Below, piece after piece: positions 39,015 through 47,252 of a DNA stretch of 64,000 bases. The stretch lies in contig JAIBCM010000005.1 in the NCBI GenBank assembly GCA_019694135.1, forward strand, positions 34,541 through 98,540, given 5' to 3'. The translations under genes were made by a program, and so were the position numbers. Positions within the stretch are counted from its first letter, which is position 1, and each line of letters opens with the position of its first letter. The stretch is from Verrucomicrobiia bacterium (GTDB lineage Bacteria > Verrucomicrobiota > Verrucomicrobiia > JADLBR01 > JAIBCM01). The notes beneath the pieces were generated by a model, which worked only from the letters and a program-made list of their open reading frames with translations, ran no database searches and had not been told where the DNA came from.

Positions 39015-39956
39015 TTAATGAACAGTTGGCACAACATTAGGCTGAGCGGGTGATTGCTGATTGCTAGGTGATGCCGCTTTATCCCAAATAATGTCCATGC
39101 GTGTTCGTCCCCCCATCTCATTTTTAATATCTACTAATAGATGATTATGACCTAATTTAATATTATCTAAATTTTGATCGGGTTTTGGGAAAACACAACT
39201 TATTTTGGAAGTTTTATCTGTTTCTTGCACGACACATTCAGGTTTAGTTATCTTTGCTGGTGAAGGAGGCGTATTCGATGTAGTTGGCAAAGCAGCCTTT
39301 TCCCAAATCAATGTCATGTCGTTTTTTTGGCCATTGCTTCTGGCTTCAACTTTCATTCCAGGAATATTTAAATCCCAATTACCTAAATTTAGTGCTTCAG
39401 AATTTTTTGGGTCTATATCATTTCCAACCATCGCTGTAACTTTTCCATTTCCATTTTCAGTTTTTATAACCTCCCATTTTCCAAGACGTTCTTCGGTAGT
39501 TGCTGGTTCTAGTGATGTGGTTTCAGTTTTCTCTGGAGTGTCGGGCTCCTCAGCGTTATCAGGCTCTTCAGTATCATGATCTGAAGAAGCGTTTAATGCT
39601 TCTCGAGCCTCTTGCTGCTCTCTCTCGAGAATGGCGCGTTCCTCAGGAGTAAGCTCTATAAGTTTTTTTGTTTCGTCATCCAACTCTATGAGAGATGGAG
39701 ATGGTCCCAAAGGTTGAATATTTTGACCTGGTAAGGTAACCATAGGTTGAGCAGGCATTGGTGAGGGCATTAAGGGCGAAATTTGATCCAACGAATTTTG
39801 AATATCCGACACATCTGAATCAACAGCTTTAGAGTTGGCGAGATCAGGCTCAACGGGATTTTCAATTTCCACATTTTCAGCCAGTTCATCTTCGGCTATT
39901 GATTCATCTGGCTCAATAATATCAATCGATTGCTCGCTCTGTTGCTCTTCTCCCAT
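39015..39956 (-). CDS. Orphan protein with acidic disordered N-half and an internally duplicated beta domain
   Basis: Repeat units end in MTLIWEKAALP and MDIIWDKAASP. Confidence 0.7.
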   Translation of the reverse strand: MGEEQQSEQSIDIIEPDESIAEDELAENVEIENPVEPDLANSKAVDSDVSDIQNSLDQISPLMPSPMPAQPMVTLPGQNIQPLGPSPSLIELDDETKKLIELTPEERAILEREQQEAREALNASSDHDTEEPDNAEEPDTPEKTETTSLEPATTEERLGKWEVIKTENGNGKVTAMVGNDIDPKNSEALNLGNWDLNIPGMKVEARSNGQKNDMTLIWEKAALPTTSNTPPSPAKITKPECVVQETDKTSKISCVFPKPDQNLDNIKLGHNHLLVDIKNEMGGRTRMDIIWDKAASPSNQQSPAQPNVVPTVH

Positions 39957-39976
39957 AAAGTTTTTACATCTAAAAA

Positions 39977-40444
39977 TTAAAAACTGCCCGAAATCTTAAT
40001 TCCTGCTTGTTGTAAATGTCCTTCTTTAAATTGGCCAGACACACTGATTTGCGGATCAACTTGGCCCCAATTAAACTTTCCTCTCACACCCAATTCTTTA
40101 ATCTCAGGTTTACCGTGATTCAAGCCCGGCTTAATGATAGGCTCAATTTCTGCATCTTTTCCTACTTTAAAAGATAATGGATTTTTAAATTTATTTTGTT
40201 GGGAAGTTTGAAATGCGTCCGAAATTCCTTTCATGTTATTCACAGCATTGGCTTGGAGGGGATTATCAGGCTGCGGTTGCATAAAAGCTTGTCGAAATTC
40301 GGCTTCTGTAGTTGGCACACCAGGCTTCGGTCCAGAAGATCCATTAAGAATTTCTGCAATGGACTTTTCAAACGGACTATTATCTTTGGGATGATAAGTT
40401 AAATCTAACCCTTGAGCGCCTGACTGCTGTTTTTCTTCTTCCAT
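39977..40444 (-). CDS. Orphan protein, paralog of 40448-40918
   Basis: Shares FKNPLSF.VG....EPI.KP.L..GKP.IKELGV.GKF.WGQ; ends ISGSF. Confidence 0.72.
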   Translation of the reverse strand: MEEEKQQSGAQGLDLTYHPKDNSPFEKSIAEILNGSSGPKPGVPTTEAEFRQAFMQPQPDNPLQANAVNNMKGISDAFQTSQQNKFKNPLSFKVGKDAEIEPIIKPGLNHGKPEIKELGVRGKFNWGQVDPQISVSGQFKEGHLQQAGIKISGSF

Positions 40445-40447
40445 AAA

Positions 40448-40918
40448 TTAAAATCCTCCTGAAACTGTGACGCTAGCTTTTTGGAATTCACTATTTTTGA
40501 ATTCGCCTTTAGCTTCAATTTGCCCCCAATCAAATTTTCCCTTTACACCTAATTCTTTGATTCCGGGCTTACCTCCAGTAAGTTCAGGTTTAACGATAGG
40601 CTCTACCTTAACACCATCACCCACTTCGAATGACAAAGGATTTTTAAATTCAGATTTAGGAGGAGTCTGATCTTTTCCATCCTTTAACCTTTTATCCCAA
40701 TAGTCATAGCTCTCAAAAGGTAAACGCCCCTTAAAGGCTTCGTCAATTCCTTGACGTCGCAGTTGCTCATTAGAAGGCAAATTAGGATTTAAATCCTGCG
40801 TAAGCTTAAATTTTTGCTCAAAAAAAGTTAAATCTTGATTCGTTTTTTCTTTAAATTGATCGGCAACTCCGAAAGAAAACGCAGATTCTTGTTTTTGATT
40901 TTGCTCATTTTCTTCCAT
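40448..40918 (-). CDS. Orphan protein, paralog of 39977-40444
   Basis: Same conserved C-terminal block; ends VSGGF. Confidence 0.72.
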   Translation of the reverse strand: MEENEQNQKQESAFSFGVADQFKEKTNQDLTFFEQKFKLTQDLNPNLPSNEQLRRQGIDEAFKGRLPFESYDYWDKRLKDGKDQTPPKSEFKNPLSFEVGDGVKVEPIVKPELTGGKPGIKELGVKGKFDWGQIEAKGEFKNSEFQKASVTVSGGF

Positions 40919-40975
40919 GATCGCAAATTTATCCCTAAAAGGTAAAAGATCAAGTTGAAAAGTAAAAAGTTGAGT

Positions 40976-41725
40976 TTAATGGTCAGAAATGCGCATTTCG
41001 CTAAACGAAACCGTCAAATCATCAATAGCCAATCCGTGATCGTTGATGCCCTCATCATCACGATCGAACCAACGAATCCAAAAGCTTTCACCTGGCGGAA
41101 TTTTAAGGTTTTGGATTTGATAGTAAACGCTCACTTGATTAGCAGGATCGTTACCATCGATTGACCCACCTTTAACGGATTGCGGACCCGTAAAACCTAG
41201 GTAATCATAACCATAAGACCATCCCATATTTTCGGTATCGGCTGTAAAGTCTTCACTGCCAACCCGATAATAACATTGAAGAAAAGTTTTTTGCGTGTCG
41301 TTATCGCGCCATTGTTCGCCTGTGTAAGAAATGGTAACAGAAGTAATAGTTTTTGAAGTACGATTGATAAAATAAACACCAAAAAAATGCTCTTCTTGAT
41401 CACCCAAAACATTTCCCGCAATACTACCTAATGCTCGATCTGAAGAATCCCTTTTACCAAAATGGTAGGGAAAAGGTGTAGCCAACGATCCATCGGAAGC
41501 TGCAATAAAGCGCGGTGTTTTGGTTTTGGCACGATTTTCAGCCATTACATAATACCAACCCGGCAAAGTTTTGTTATTGATCCAAGGATTCACATCGCGA
41601 TTACCAAGACTATCAAAATTTTGGGTGTAAGGTTCGGCCAAATTCGTAATTAAAATCTGGGCATTCCCCCGAAAATAAAGTCCCATCCATGCGAGAAAAA
41701 AGAGTGCTTTGAAATAATGGCTCAT
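40976..41725 (-). CDS. Secreted YTQNFD...GEQWRD...IRW.D...IDD domain protein lacking the Lys-rich C-terminal domain
   Basis: Signal peptide; aligns by eye with the N-terminal domain of the four genes at 42289-47174. Confidence 0.8.
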   Translation of the reverse strand: MSHYFKALFFLAWMGLYFRGNAQILITNLAEPYTQNFDSLGNRDVNPWINNKTLPGWYYVMAENRAKTKTPRFIAASDGSLATPFPYHFGKRDSSDRALGSIAGNVLGDQEEHFFGVYFINRTSKTITSVTISYTGEQWRDNDTQKTFLQCYYRVGSEDFTADTENMGWSYGYDYLGFTGPQSVKGGSIDGNDPANQVSVYYQIQNLKIPPGESFWIRWFDRDDEGINDHGLAIDDLTVSFSEMRISDH

Positions 41726-41743
41726 GGCAAGTTCTGTAACTTT

Positions 41744-42076
41744 TTAATCGGTTTTAATCTTGCCGCCCCAGGAAAGGATTTTAGCTTTGGCGCCTGCGGC
41801 TTCGGCTTCGGCAATTTGGTTGTTCCGAACATAGGCTAGGGAAAGGCTGGTCCAAAGAATTTGATCGTTAGGATTAAGTTCCGTAGCATTTTTGCCAGCT
41901 TGAATCGCTTCCTCATAACGCCCTAATTTCATAAGCGCCATACCCAGCGCATGCCAACCATCCACAAATTTCGGATCTTGATCGACGCATTGCTGATAAA
42001 GCTCCACCGCTTTTTCCAACTCGCCAATAGCCAGTTCACTGTTGGCAGCTTCAAAGAGTTCGTCAAGATTGGGCAT
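41744..42076 (-). CDS. Small TPR protein
   Basis: Two to three TPRs (GWHALGMAL.KLGRYEEAI, LWTSLSLAY). Confidence 0.8.
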   Translation of the reverse strand: MPNLDELFEAANSELAIGELEKAVELYQQCVDQDPKFVDGWHALGMALMKLGRYEEAIQAGKNATELNPNDQILWTSLSLAYVRNNQIAEAEAAGAKAKILSWGGKIKTD

Positions 42077-42089
42077 GGAATTAAAAGAA

Positions 42090-42162
42090 CGACCCTAACG
42101 GGATTCGAACCCGTGTTACTGCCGTGAAAGGGCGGTGTCCTAGGCCTCTAGACGATAGGGTC
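42090..42162 (-). tRNA. tRNA-Glu (TTC), CCA not encoded
   Basis: GACCCTA/TAGGGTC acceptor stem, CCGCC-CT-TTC-AC-GGCAG anticodon arm, ACGGG-TTCGAAT-CCCGT T arm. Confidence 0.93.
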
Positions 42163-42235
42163 TCAGTTACAACTTTATTTATATGCCTAATTTTAGCTTA
42201 GAGCGCAAATGGTTTTTATTGTATTGAGAAAATAA

Positions 42236-42269
42236 AAAAATCCGATCGAGCTAAACTGATCGGATTTTT
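42236..42269 (-). terminator. Intrinsic terminator after array gene 42289
   Basis: AAAAATCCGATC...GATCGGATTTTT inverted repeat with a T-run on the minus strand. Confidence 0.7.
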
Positions 42270-42288
42270 AAATAGCTCAAAGGGTCAA

Positions 42289-43413
42289 CTATTTTACTGT
42301 CACTTCATTAAAAACATTGGTGAAAAAGGCAAAGCCAGGCGTGTTGCTTACTGTTCCTTCCACTTTGATAATCAATGTCACAGGAGAAGCTCCAGCAGCA
42401 ATACCAACACCTGCTCGGGTGTCCTTGGTGCTTTGGAAAGTAAAATCAACCCCTTTCTTCGCTAACTTACCTTTAGCGACTTTAAATTTTCCGGCCGTTG
42501 TAAAAACTAAATTGGTCGGTTCATTAGTCCCTCCAAAAGCCTTATAAAAAACTTTAGTCACAGGATTGATATCTGATGACACAAACCCTTTGAGATTAAA
42601 GCCCTTAGCGCCTTGAAATTTAAGCCTTTTATCTTTCTTGGGCTTCTTGAGATCCACTGCAACTCCTGGCAACGGCGCGCTGAAAGTGATAGCGACATCG
42701 TCTATCCCTAGAAGATGATCTTCAACATTAAAACCAGCGTCATCAACATCAAACCAGCGAATGGCAAAACTTTCTCCTGGGGGAATGTTTAACCCTTCAA
42801 TAGAATTTTGTATGATTTTTTGATTAGCTGGATCGTTTCCATCAAGCTGACCAATTCCTGAATTCTTAGGAGAAACAAAATTGAATTTAGGAGCCGGAGT
42901 CCAACCTACATGGACAGGATCTGCTATGAAATTAGTCCCTCCTCCCACGCGATAAAAGAATTGCAAAGATTGGATCAGATTTGTACTATCTCTCCATTGC
43001 TCACCTTTATAAGAAAGATCAACCTTTGTAATAGTATTACTAGAGTCATTGCTAAATATAGCGCCATAGTAGTCTTCTGTTAAAAAAACAAAGATAAGGC
43101 CAGCACTACTCCCTAAAGCTCTATCTGGTGAGTTATTGCTACCAAGGTTAAAAAAACCAGCAAACAATGCAGTGGCCCCATCATTAGTGGATAGTCCTGA
43201 AATAGGAAAATCATTCGTTCCATTAATCCCAACATTGTAAAACCAACCGGGTAAAGTTAAATTATTAGACCAATTCACATTGGTTGTTCCTAGACCATCA
43301 AAATTTTGAGTATAAGTCTGCGGCAAGTCACCACTAATTAAGATTTGCGAGCGTCCCAAATAAATAAAACTCAAAAAAGCTATAATAGAAAGAGTTTGTG
43401 TTATTCTTTTCAT
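42289..43413 (-). CDS. Secreted surface-protein paralog 1 (variable beta domain + Lys-rich CTD)
   Basis: Signal peptide MKRITQ; SD AAGGA; YTQNFD, DRALGS, GEQWRD, IRWFD; CTD ends EVTVK. Confidence 0.85.
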   Translation of the reverse strand: MKRITQTLSIIAFLSFIYLGRSQILISGDLPQTYTQNFDGLGTTNVNWSNNLTLPGWFYNVGINGTNDFPISGLSTNDGATALFAGFFNLGSNNSPDRALGSSAGLIFVFLTEDYYGAIFSNDSSNTITKVDLSYKGEQWRDSTNLIQSLQFFYRVGGGTNFIADPVHVGWTPAPKFNFVSPKNSGIGQLDGNDPANQKIIQNSIEGLNIPPGESFAIRWFDVDDAGFNVEDHLLGIDDVAITFSAPLPGVAVDLKKPKKDKRLKFQGAKGFNLKGFVSSDINPVTKVFYKAFGGTNEPTNLVFTTAGKFKVAKGKLAKKGVDFTFQSTKDTRAGVGIAAGASPVTLIIKVEGTVSNTPGFAFFTNVFNEVTVK

Positions 43414-43492
43414 AATAATTTCCTTTGTTAAGCAGCCTTTAATAACAGAAATTAAAAATCACACAATACAAAAAAGGTTAAAAAAAACAAAA

Positions 43493-43514
43493 GCCGACCA
43501 TTTAAATGGTCGGC
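43493..43514 (-). terminator. Palindromic terminator after array gene 43541
   Basis: GCCGACCATTTAAATGGTCGGC followed by a T-rich run on the minus strand. Confidence 0.7.
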
Positions 43515-43540
43515 CTCAGGAATTGTTAGCTAAAAATTTA

Positions 43541-44659
43541 TTATTTCACCTTAACATCAGTGAATACGTTGGTAAAAATAACTTCATTATTATGTGCGCC
43601 ACCTGTTATTTTGACAAGCAACGTCACAGGACTAGCTCCCGAAGCAATACCAACACCAGCTTTTGTTGTCTTGGTGCTTTGGAAAATATTTTTAACATTC
43701 TTTTTCTTAGCCAACTTACCTTTGGCTGCCTTAAATTTACCCGCATCAATAAAGGTCAAGTTAGTCGGGCTGTTTGTCCCACCAAATGCCGCATACGATG
43801 CTTTGGTAACTGTGTTGCTTTCCGAAAAAATAAAACCTTTAACTTTAAAACCTTTTTGCCCTTTGAACTTCAACTTTTTACCCACTTTAGGCCTCTTAAG
43901 CTCAATCGTTACGCCACTCAAAGCAGGTTTGTTGAAAGTCACCGATACATCATCAATTCCCACACCTTGATTGGTAGTGAATAAATCATCTAAATCCGAC
44001 CAACGAATCCAAAAACTTTCTCCCGGAGGGATATTCAAGCCGCCAATCGAAGAGGTTAGCACAACACGATTAGCCGGATTATTACCATCCAGCGCGCCCG
44101 AGCCAAAGTTCTGTAATGTAGTAAAATCCAATGCATCTTGAGAAGTCCAACCCACATTACTAACATCAGCTATAAAATCGGTTCCCCCCACGCGATATAA
44201 AAATTGAAGCGTATGAGGAAATAGCGTGTTATCCTCCCACTGTTCTCCCGCATAGGAAATACTCACTTGATTTACCGCTTCACTGCTATTGTTAATGAAC
44301 TGAGCGCCGTAAAAATGCTCTAAAACCACAACACCGGCAAATAATCCAGAAATACTACCCATGGCACGATCTGACGAGTTAGCAGAACCAAAATTATAAG
44401 TAAATGCCGTTGGAGTCACTGACCCATCCGTAGCAAACAATTGAAAAGCTTCAATATTACCTCCACCATTAGTAGAAATTTGATAAAACCAACCCGTTAG
44501 GGTACTATTATTGGTCCAATTCACACTGTTAGTACCAAAACTGTCAAAATTTTGGGTATAGCTCTGGGGCAAATCACCGCTAATTGAAATTTGCGAATGT
44601 CCCAAATGAATAAAACTCAAAAAAGCTGCAGTAGAAAGAATTTGTGTTATTTTTTTCAT
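43541..44659 (-). CDS. Secreted surface-protein paralog 2
   Basis: Same architecture; CTD ends DVKVK. Confidence 0.85.
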   Translation of the reverse strand: MKKITQILSTAAFLSFIHLGHSQISISGDLPQSYTQNFDSFGTNSVNWTNNSTLTGWFYQISTNGGGNIEAFQLFATDGSVTPTAFTYNFGSANSSDRAMGSISGLFAGVVVLEHFYGAQFINNSSEAVNQVSISYAGEQWEDNTLFPHTLQFLYRVGGTDFIADVSNVGWTSQDALDFTTLQNFGSGALDGNNPANRVVLTSSIGGLNIPPGESFWIRWSDLDDLFTTNQGVGIDDVSVTFNKPALSGVTIELKRPKVGKKLKFKGQKGFKVKGFIFSESNTVTKASYAAFGGTNSPTNLTFIDAGKFKAAKGKLAKKKNVKNIFQSTKTTKAGVGIASGASPVTLLVKITGGAHNNEVIFTNVFTDVKVK

Positions 44660-44733
44660 AGTAATTTCCTTTTAACACTCTTTATAACAAAACTAAAAAA
44701 TATTCAACAAAAAAGTTCAAAACAAATAAAAAG

Positions 44734-44759
44734 GCCGATCCAAATCTAATTGGATCGGC
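44734..44759 (-). terminator. Terminator after array gene 44785
   Basis: GCCGATCCAA-N6-TTGGATCGGC then CTTTTT on the minus strand. Confidence 0.7.
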
Positions 44760-44784
44760 TTTGCAATAATCTGAAAAATGCTAA

Positions 44785-45921
44785 TTATTTTATCTTAACA
44801 TCACTAAATGTATTAGTGAAAGTCACTTCACTAGCATCATTACTACCACCAAAAACTCTCACTAACAACGTCACTGGCGATTCAGTCACCCCTACACCAG
44901 GTTTTGTTGTTTTTGTGCTCTGAATAATGGCTTTAACTCCTTTTTTCTTAAACAGTTTGCCTTTAGTCAAAATCTTAAATTTACCCGCATTGATAAAGGT
45001 CAAGTTGGTCGGACTATTGGTCCCTCCAAATGCCGCATACGATGCTTTAGTAACTGCATTACTTTCAGAAAAAACAAAGGCTTTCAATTTGAAACCTTTG
45101 CTGCTCTTGAATTTTAATTTCTTGCCCACCTTCGGTTTCTTCAACTCAATGCTTACTCCACCCAATACGGGTGCCGGATTAATACCATTGAAGGTAATAT
45201 TCACATCGTCAATCGCCAAATGATCCCCTACACCAGCATCAAAAAGGTCCGCCCAACGAATCCAAAATGTTTCACCGGGAGCAATATTTAATGAAATATT
45301 AGCATTAAGCGCCGTACGATTACCGGGAGCATTACCATCTACAGTAACATTCATCCCTGCATTATTAGGGCTGGTAAAATCAAGCGCGGGGAAAGCCGTC
45401 CATCCTATATTATTCGTATCACCCAAAAAATCACTTCCTCCAAGACGATAGAAAAAATTAATGACATGAGGCGTAGCATTATTATCTCGCCACTGTTCGC
45501 CATTGTAACTTACATTAACATTAGTAATAGTTCCTAACGAGTTATTAACAAACCTAGCACCATAAAAAAATTCATTTGTAATTTGATCCAAGATGAAAAA
45601 CCCAGGTCGCGATCCCAAAGCCCTATCTGCATCGGCGGTTGTTCCCAAATTAAGAGCCGCAGGCGTAAAAAGAAATGGAAAAGTTCCATCGGATTCCACC
45701 AATTGAGAGACTACTCCAGCATCAAGGCCGTTCGTACTACGAACATACGACCATCCTGCAATAGTAGATTCATTCGCCCAAGGAACTGTATTCGTTCCCA
45801 AGCTATCAAAATCTTGAGTGTAATTTTGCGGCAAACTGCCCGTGATTGAAATTTGTGATTGTCCTAAGTGCGCAAAGCCAACCAAGCTTGCAACACAAAG
45901 AAATTGTGTGATTTTTTTCAT
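44785..45921 (-). CDS. Secreted surface-protein paralog 3
   Basis: Same architecture; SD AAGGAG; CTD ends DVKIK. Confidence 0.85.
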   Translation of the reverse strand: MKKITQFLCVASLVGFAHLGQSQISITGSLPQNYTQDFDSLGTNTVPWANESTIAGWSYVRSTNGLDAGVVSQLVESDGTFPFLFTPAALNLGTTADADRALGSRPGFFILDQITNEFFYGARFVNNSLGTITNVNVSYNGEQWRDNNATPHVINFFYRLGGSDFLGDTNNIGWTAFPALDFTSPNNAGMNVTVDGNAPGNRTALNANISLNIAPGETFWIRWADLFDAGVGDHLAIDDVNITFNGINPAPVLGGVSIELKKPKVGKKLKFKSSKGFKLKAFVFSESNAVTKASYAAFGGTNSPTNLTFINAGKFKILTKGKLFKKKGVKAIIQSTKTTKPGVGVTESPVTLLVRVFGGSNDASEVTFTNTFSDVKIK

Positions 45922-46481
45922 AATTCAATTTCTCCTTTAATTTCTTTTTATTACTCCATCGAGTTAAACAATTAAACAAAAAAATGCAACAACTATAATA
46001 ATAAAAGAGCCGATCCATGGATCGGCTCTTGAAATTTTTAGAAGTAAATCTTTAACTACTTTATCTTAACATCACTAAATGTATTAGTGAAAGTCACTTC
46101 ACTAGCATCATTACTACCACCAAAAACTCTCACTAACAACGTCACTGGCGATTCAGTCACCCCTACACCAGGTTTTGTTGTTTTTGTGCTCTGAATAATG
46201 GCTTTAACTCCTTTTTTCTTAAACAGTTTGCCTTTAGTCAAAATCTTAAATTTACCCGCATTGATAAAGGTCAAGTTGGTCGGACTATTGGTCCCTCCAA
46301 ATGCCGCATACGATGCTTTAGTAACTGCATTACTTTCAGAAAAAACAAAGGCTTTCAATTTGAAACCTTTGCTGCTCTTGAATTTTAATTTCTTGCCCAC
46401 CTTCGGTTTCTTCAACTCAATGCTTACTCCACCCAATACGGGTGCCGGATTAATACCATTGAAGGTAATATTCACATCGTC
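44789..46481. repeat. 422-bp direct repeat (44789-45210 = 46060-46481, offset 1271)
   Basis: Compared line by line with no mismatch seen; encodes the CTD and linker of paralogs 3 and 4. Confidence 0.88.
46005..46030 (-). terminator. 26-bp palindromic terminator after array gene 46056
   Basis: AAGAGCCGATCCATGGATCGGCTCTT. Confidence 0.65.
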
Positions 46482-47174
46482 GATGCCTAAGAAATGATCA
46501 GCATTTACTGTATTAAATAAGTCTGCCCATCGAATCCAAAATTCCTGACCCGGGGCAACGTTAACATTGACTGAACCATTAACAGGTGTTTGATTAGCAG
46601 GCAGATTACCATCTAAAACTCCTGCCGCTGCATTCTGAGGACTAGTAAAATCAAGCGCTGGTGTTGCGGTCCATCCTATATTACTAGGATCGCCTAGGAA
46701 ATCAGACCCTCCCACACGATAAAAAAAACTAATAGTTTGCGGATTGGCGTCTGCATCTCTCCATTGTTCTCCCACATAGGAGATAGAAACATTAGTAATA
46801 GTTCCTGCAGTATTGTTAATAAAGCGTGCGCCATAAAATAATTCATTAGTATTAGCAACAGCTAAAGCTCGCGAACCTAGGGCACGATCAAGATCAGCTG
46901 AGCTACCAAAGTTAAAACCAAGCGAAAAAATTGCGTTCCCATCAGAGGCCAGAAGACTAGGCACTGTTCCTGCATTGGTTGAATTAGCCGAAATGACATA
47001 TAGCCAACCAAGAATAGTGGAATTATCCGTCCAAGTAACATTGTTCGTTCCCAAGCTATCAAAATCTTGAGTGTAATTTTGCGGCAAACTGCCTGTAATT
47101 GAAATTTGTGATTGTCCTAAGTGAGCAAAACCTACCAGGCTTGCAACACAAAGAAATTGTGTAATTTTTTTCAT
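46056..47174 (-). CDS. Secreted surface-protein paralog 4 (start MKKITQ at 47174; the track start at 47246 is an extension)
   Basis: SD AAGGAG before 47174; the first 44 aa are identical to paralog 3. Confidence 0.85.
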   Translation of the reverse strand: MKKITQFLCVASLVGFAHLGQSQISITGSLPQNYTQDFDSLGTNNVTWTDNSTILGWLYVISANSTNAGTVPSLLASDGNAIFSLGFNFGSSADLDRALGSRALAVANTNELFYGARFINNTAGTITNVSISYVGEQWRDADANPQTISFFYRVGGSDFLGDPSNIGWTATPALDFTSPQNAAAGVLDGNLPANQTPVNGSVNVNVAPGQEFWIRWADLFNTVNADHFLGIDDVNITFNGINPAPVLGGVSIELKKPKVGKKLKFKSSKGFKLKAFVFSESNAVTKASYAAFGGTNSPTNLTFINAGKFKILTKGKLFKKKGVKAIIQSTKTTKPGVGVTESPVTLLVRVFGGSNDASEVTFTNTFSDVKIK

Positions 47175-47252
47175 AAAAACTAATTCTCCTTTTTTTCTTA
47201 TTAATTTTGAAGTTGATTTTTTTAGAAAGTAAAAAAAACTTTGCAAGTCAAA

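Noticed and set aside
47175-47246. 24-codon N-terminal extension of paralog 4 in the ORF track
   Set aside because: The SD and paralog alignment place the start at 47174 (MKKITQ).
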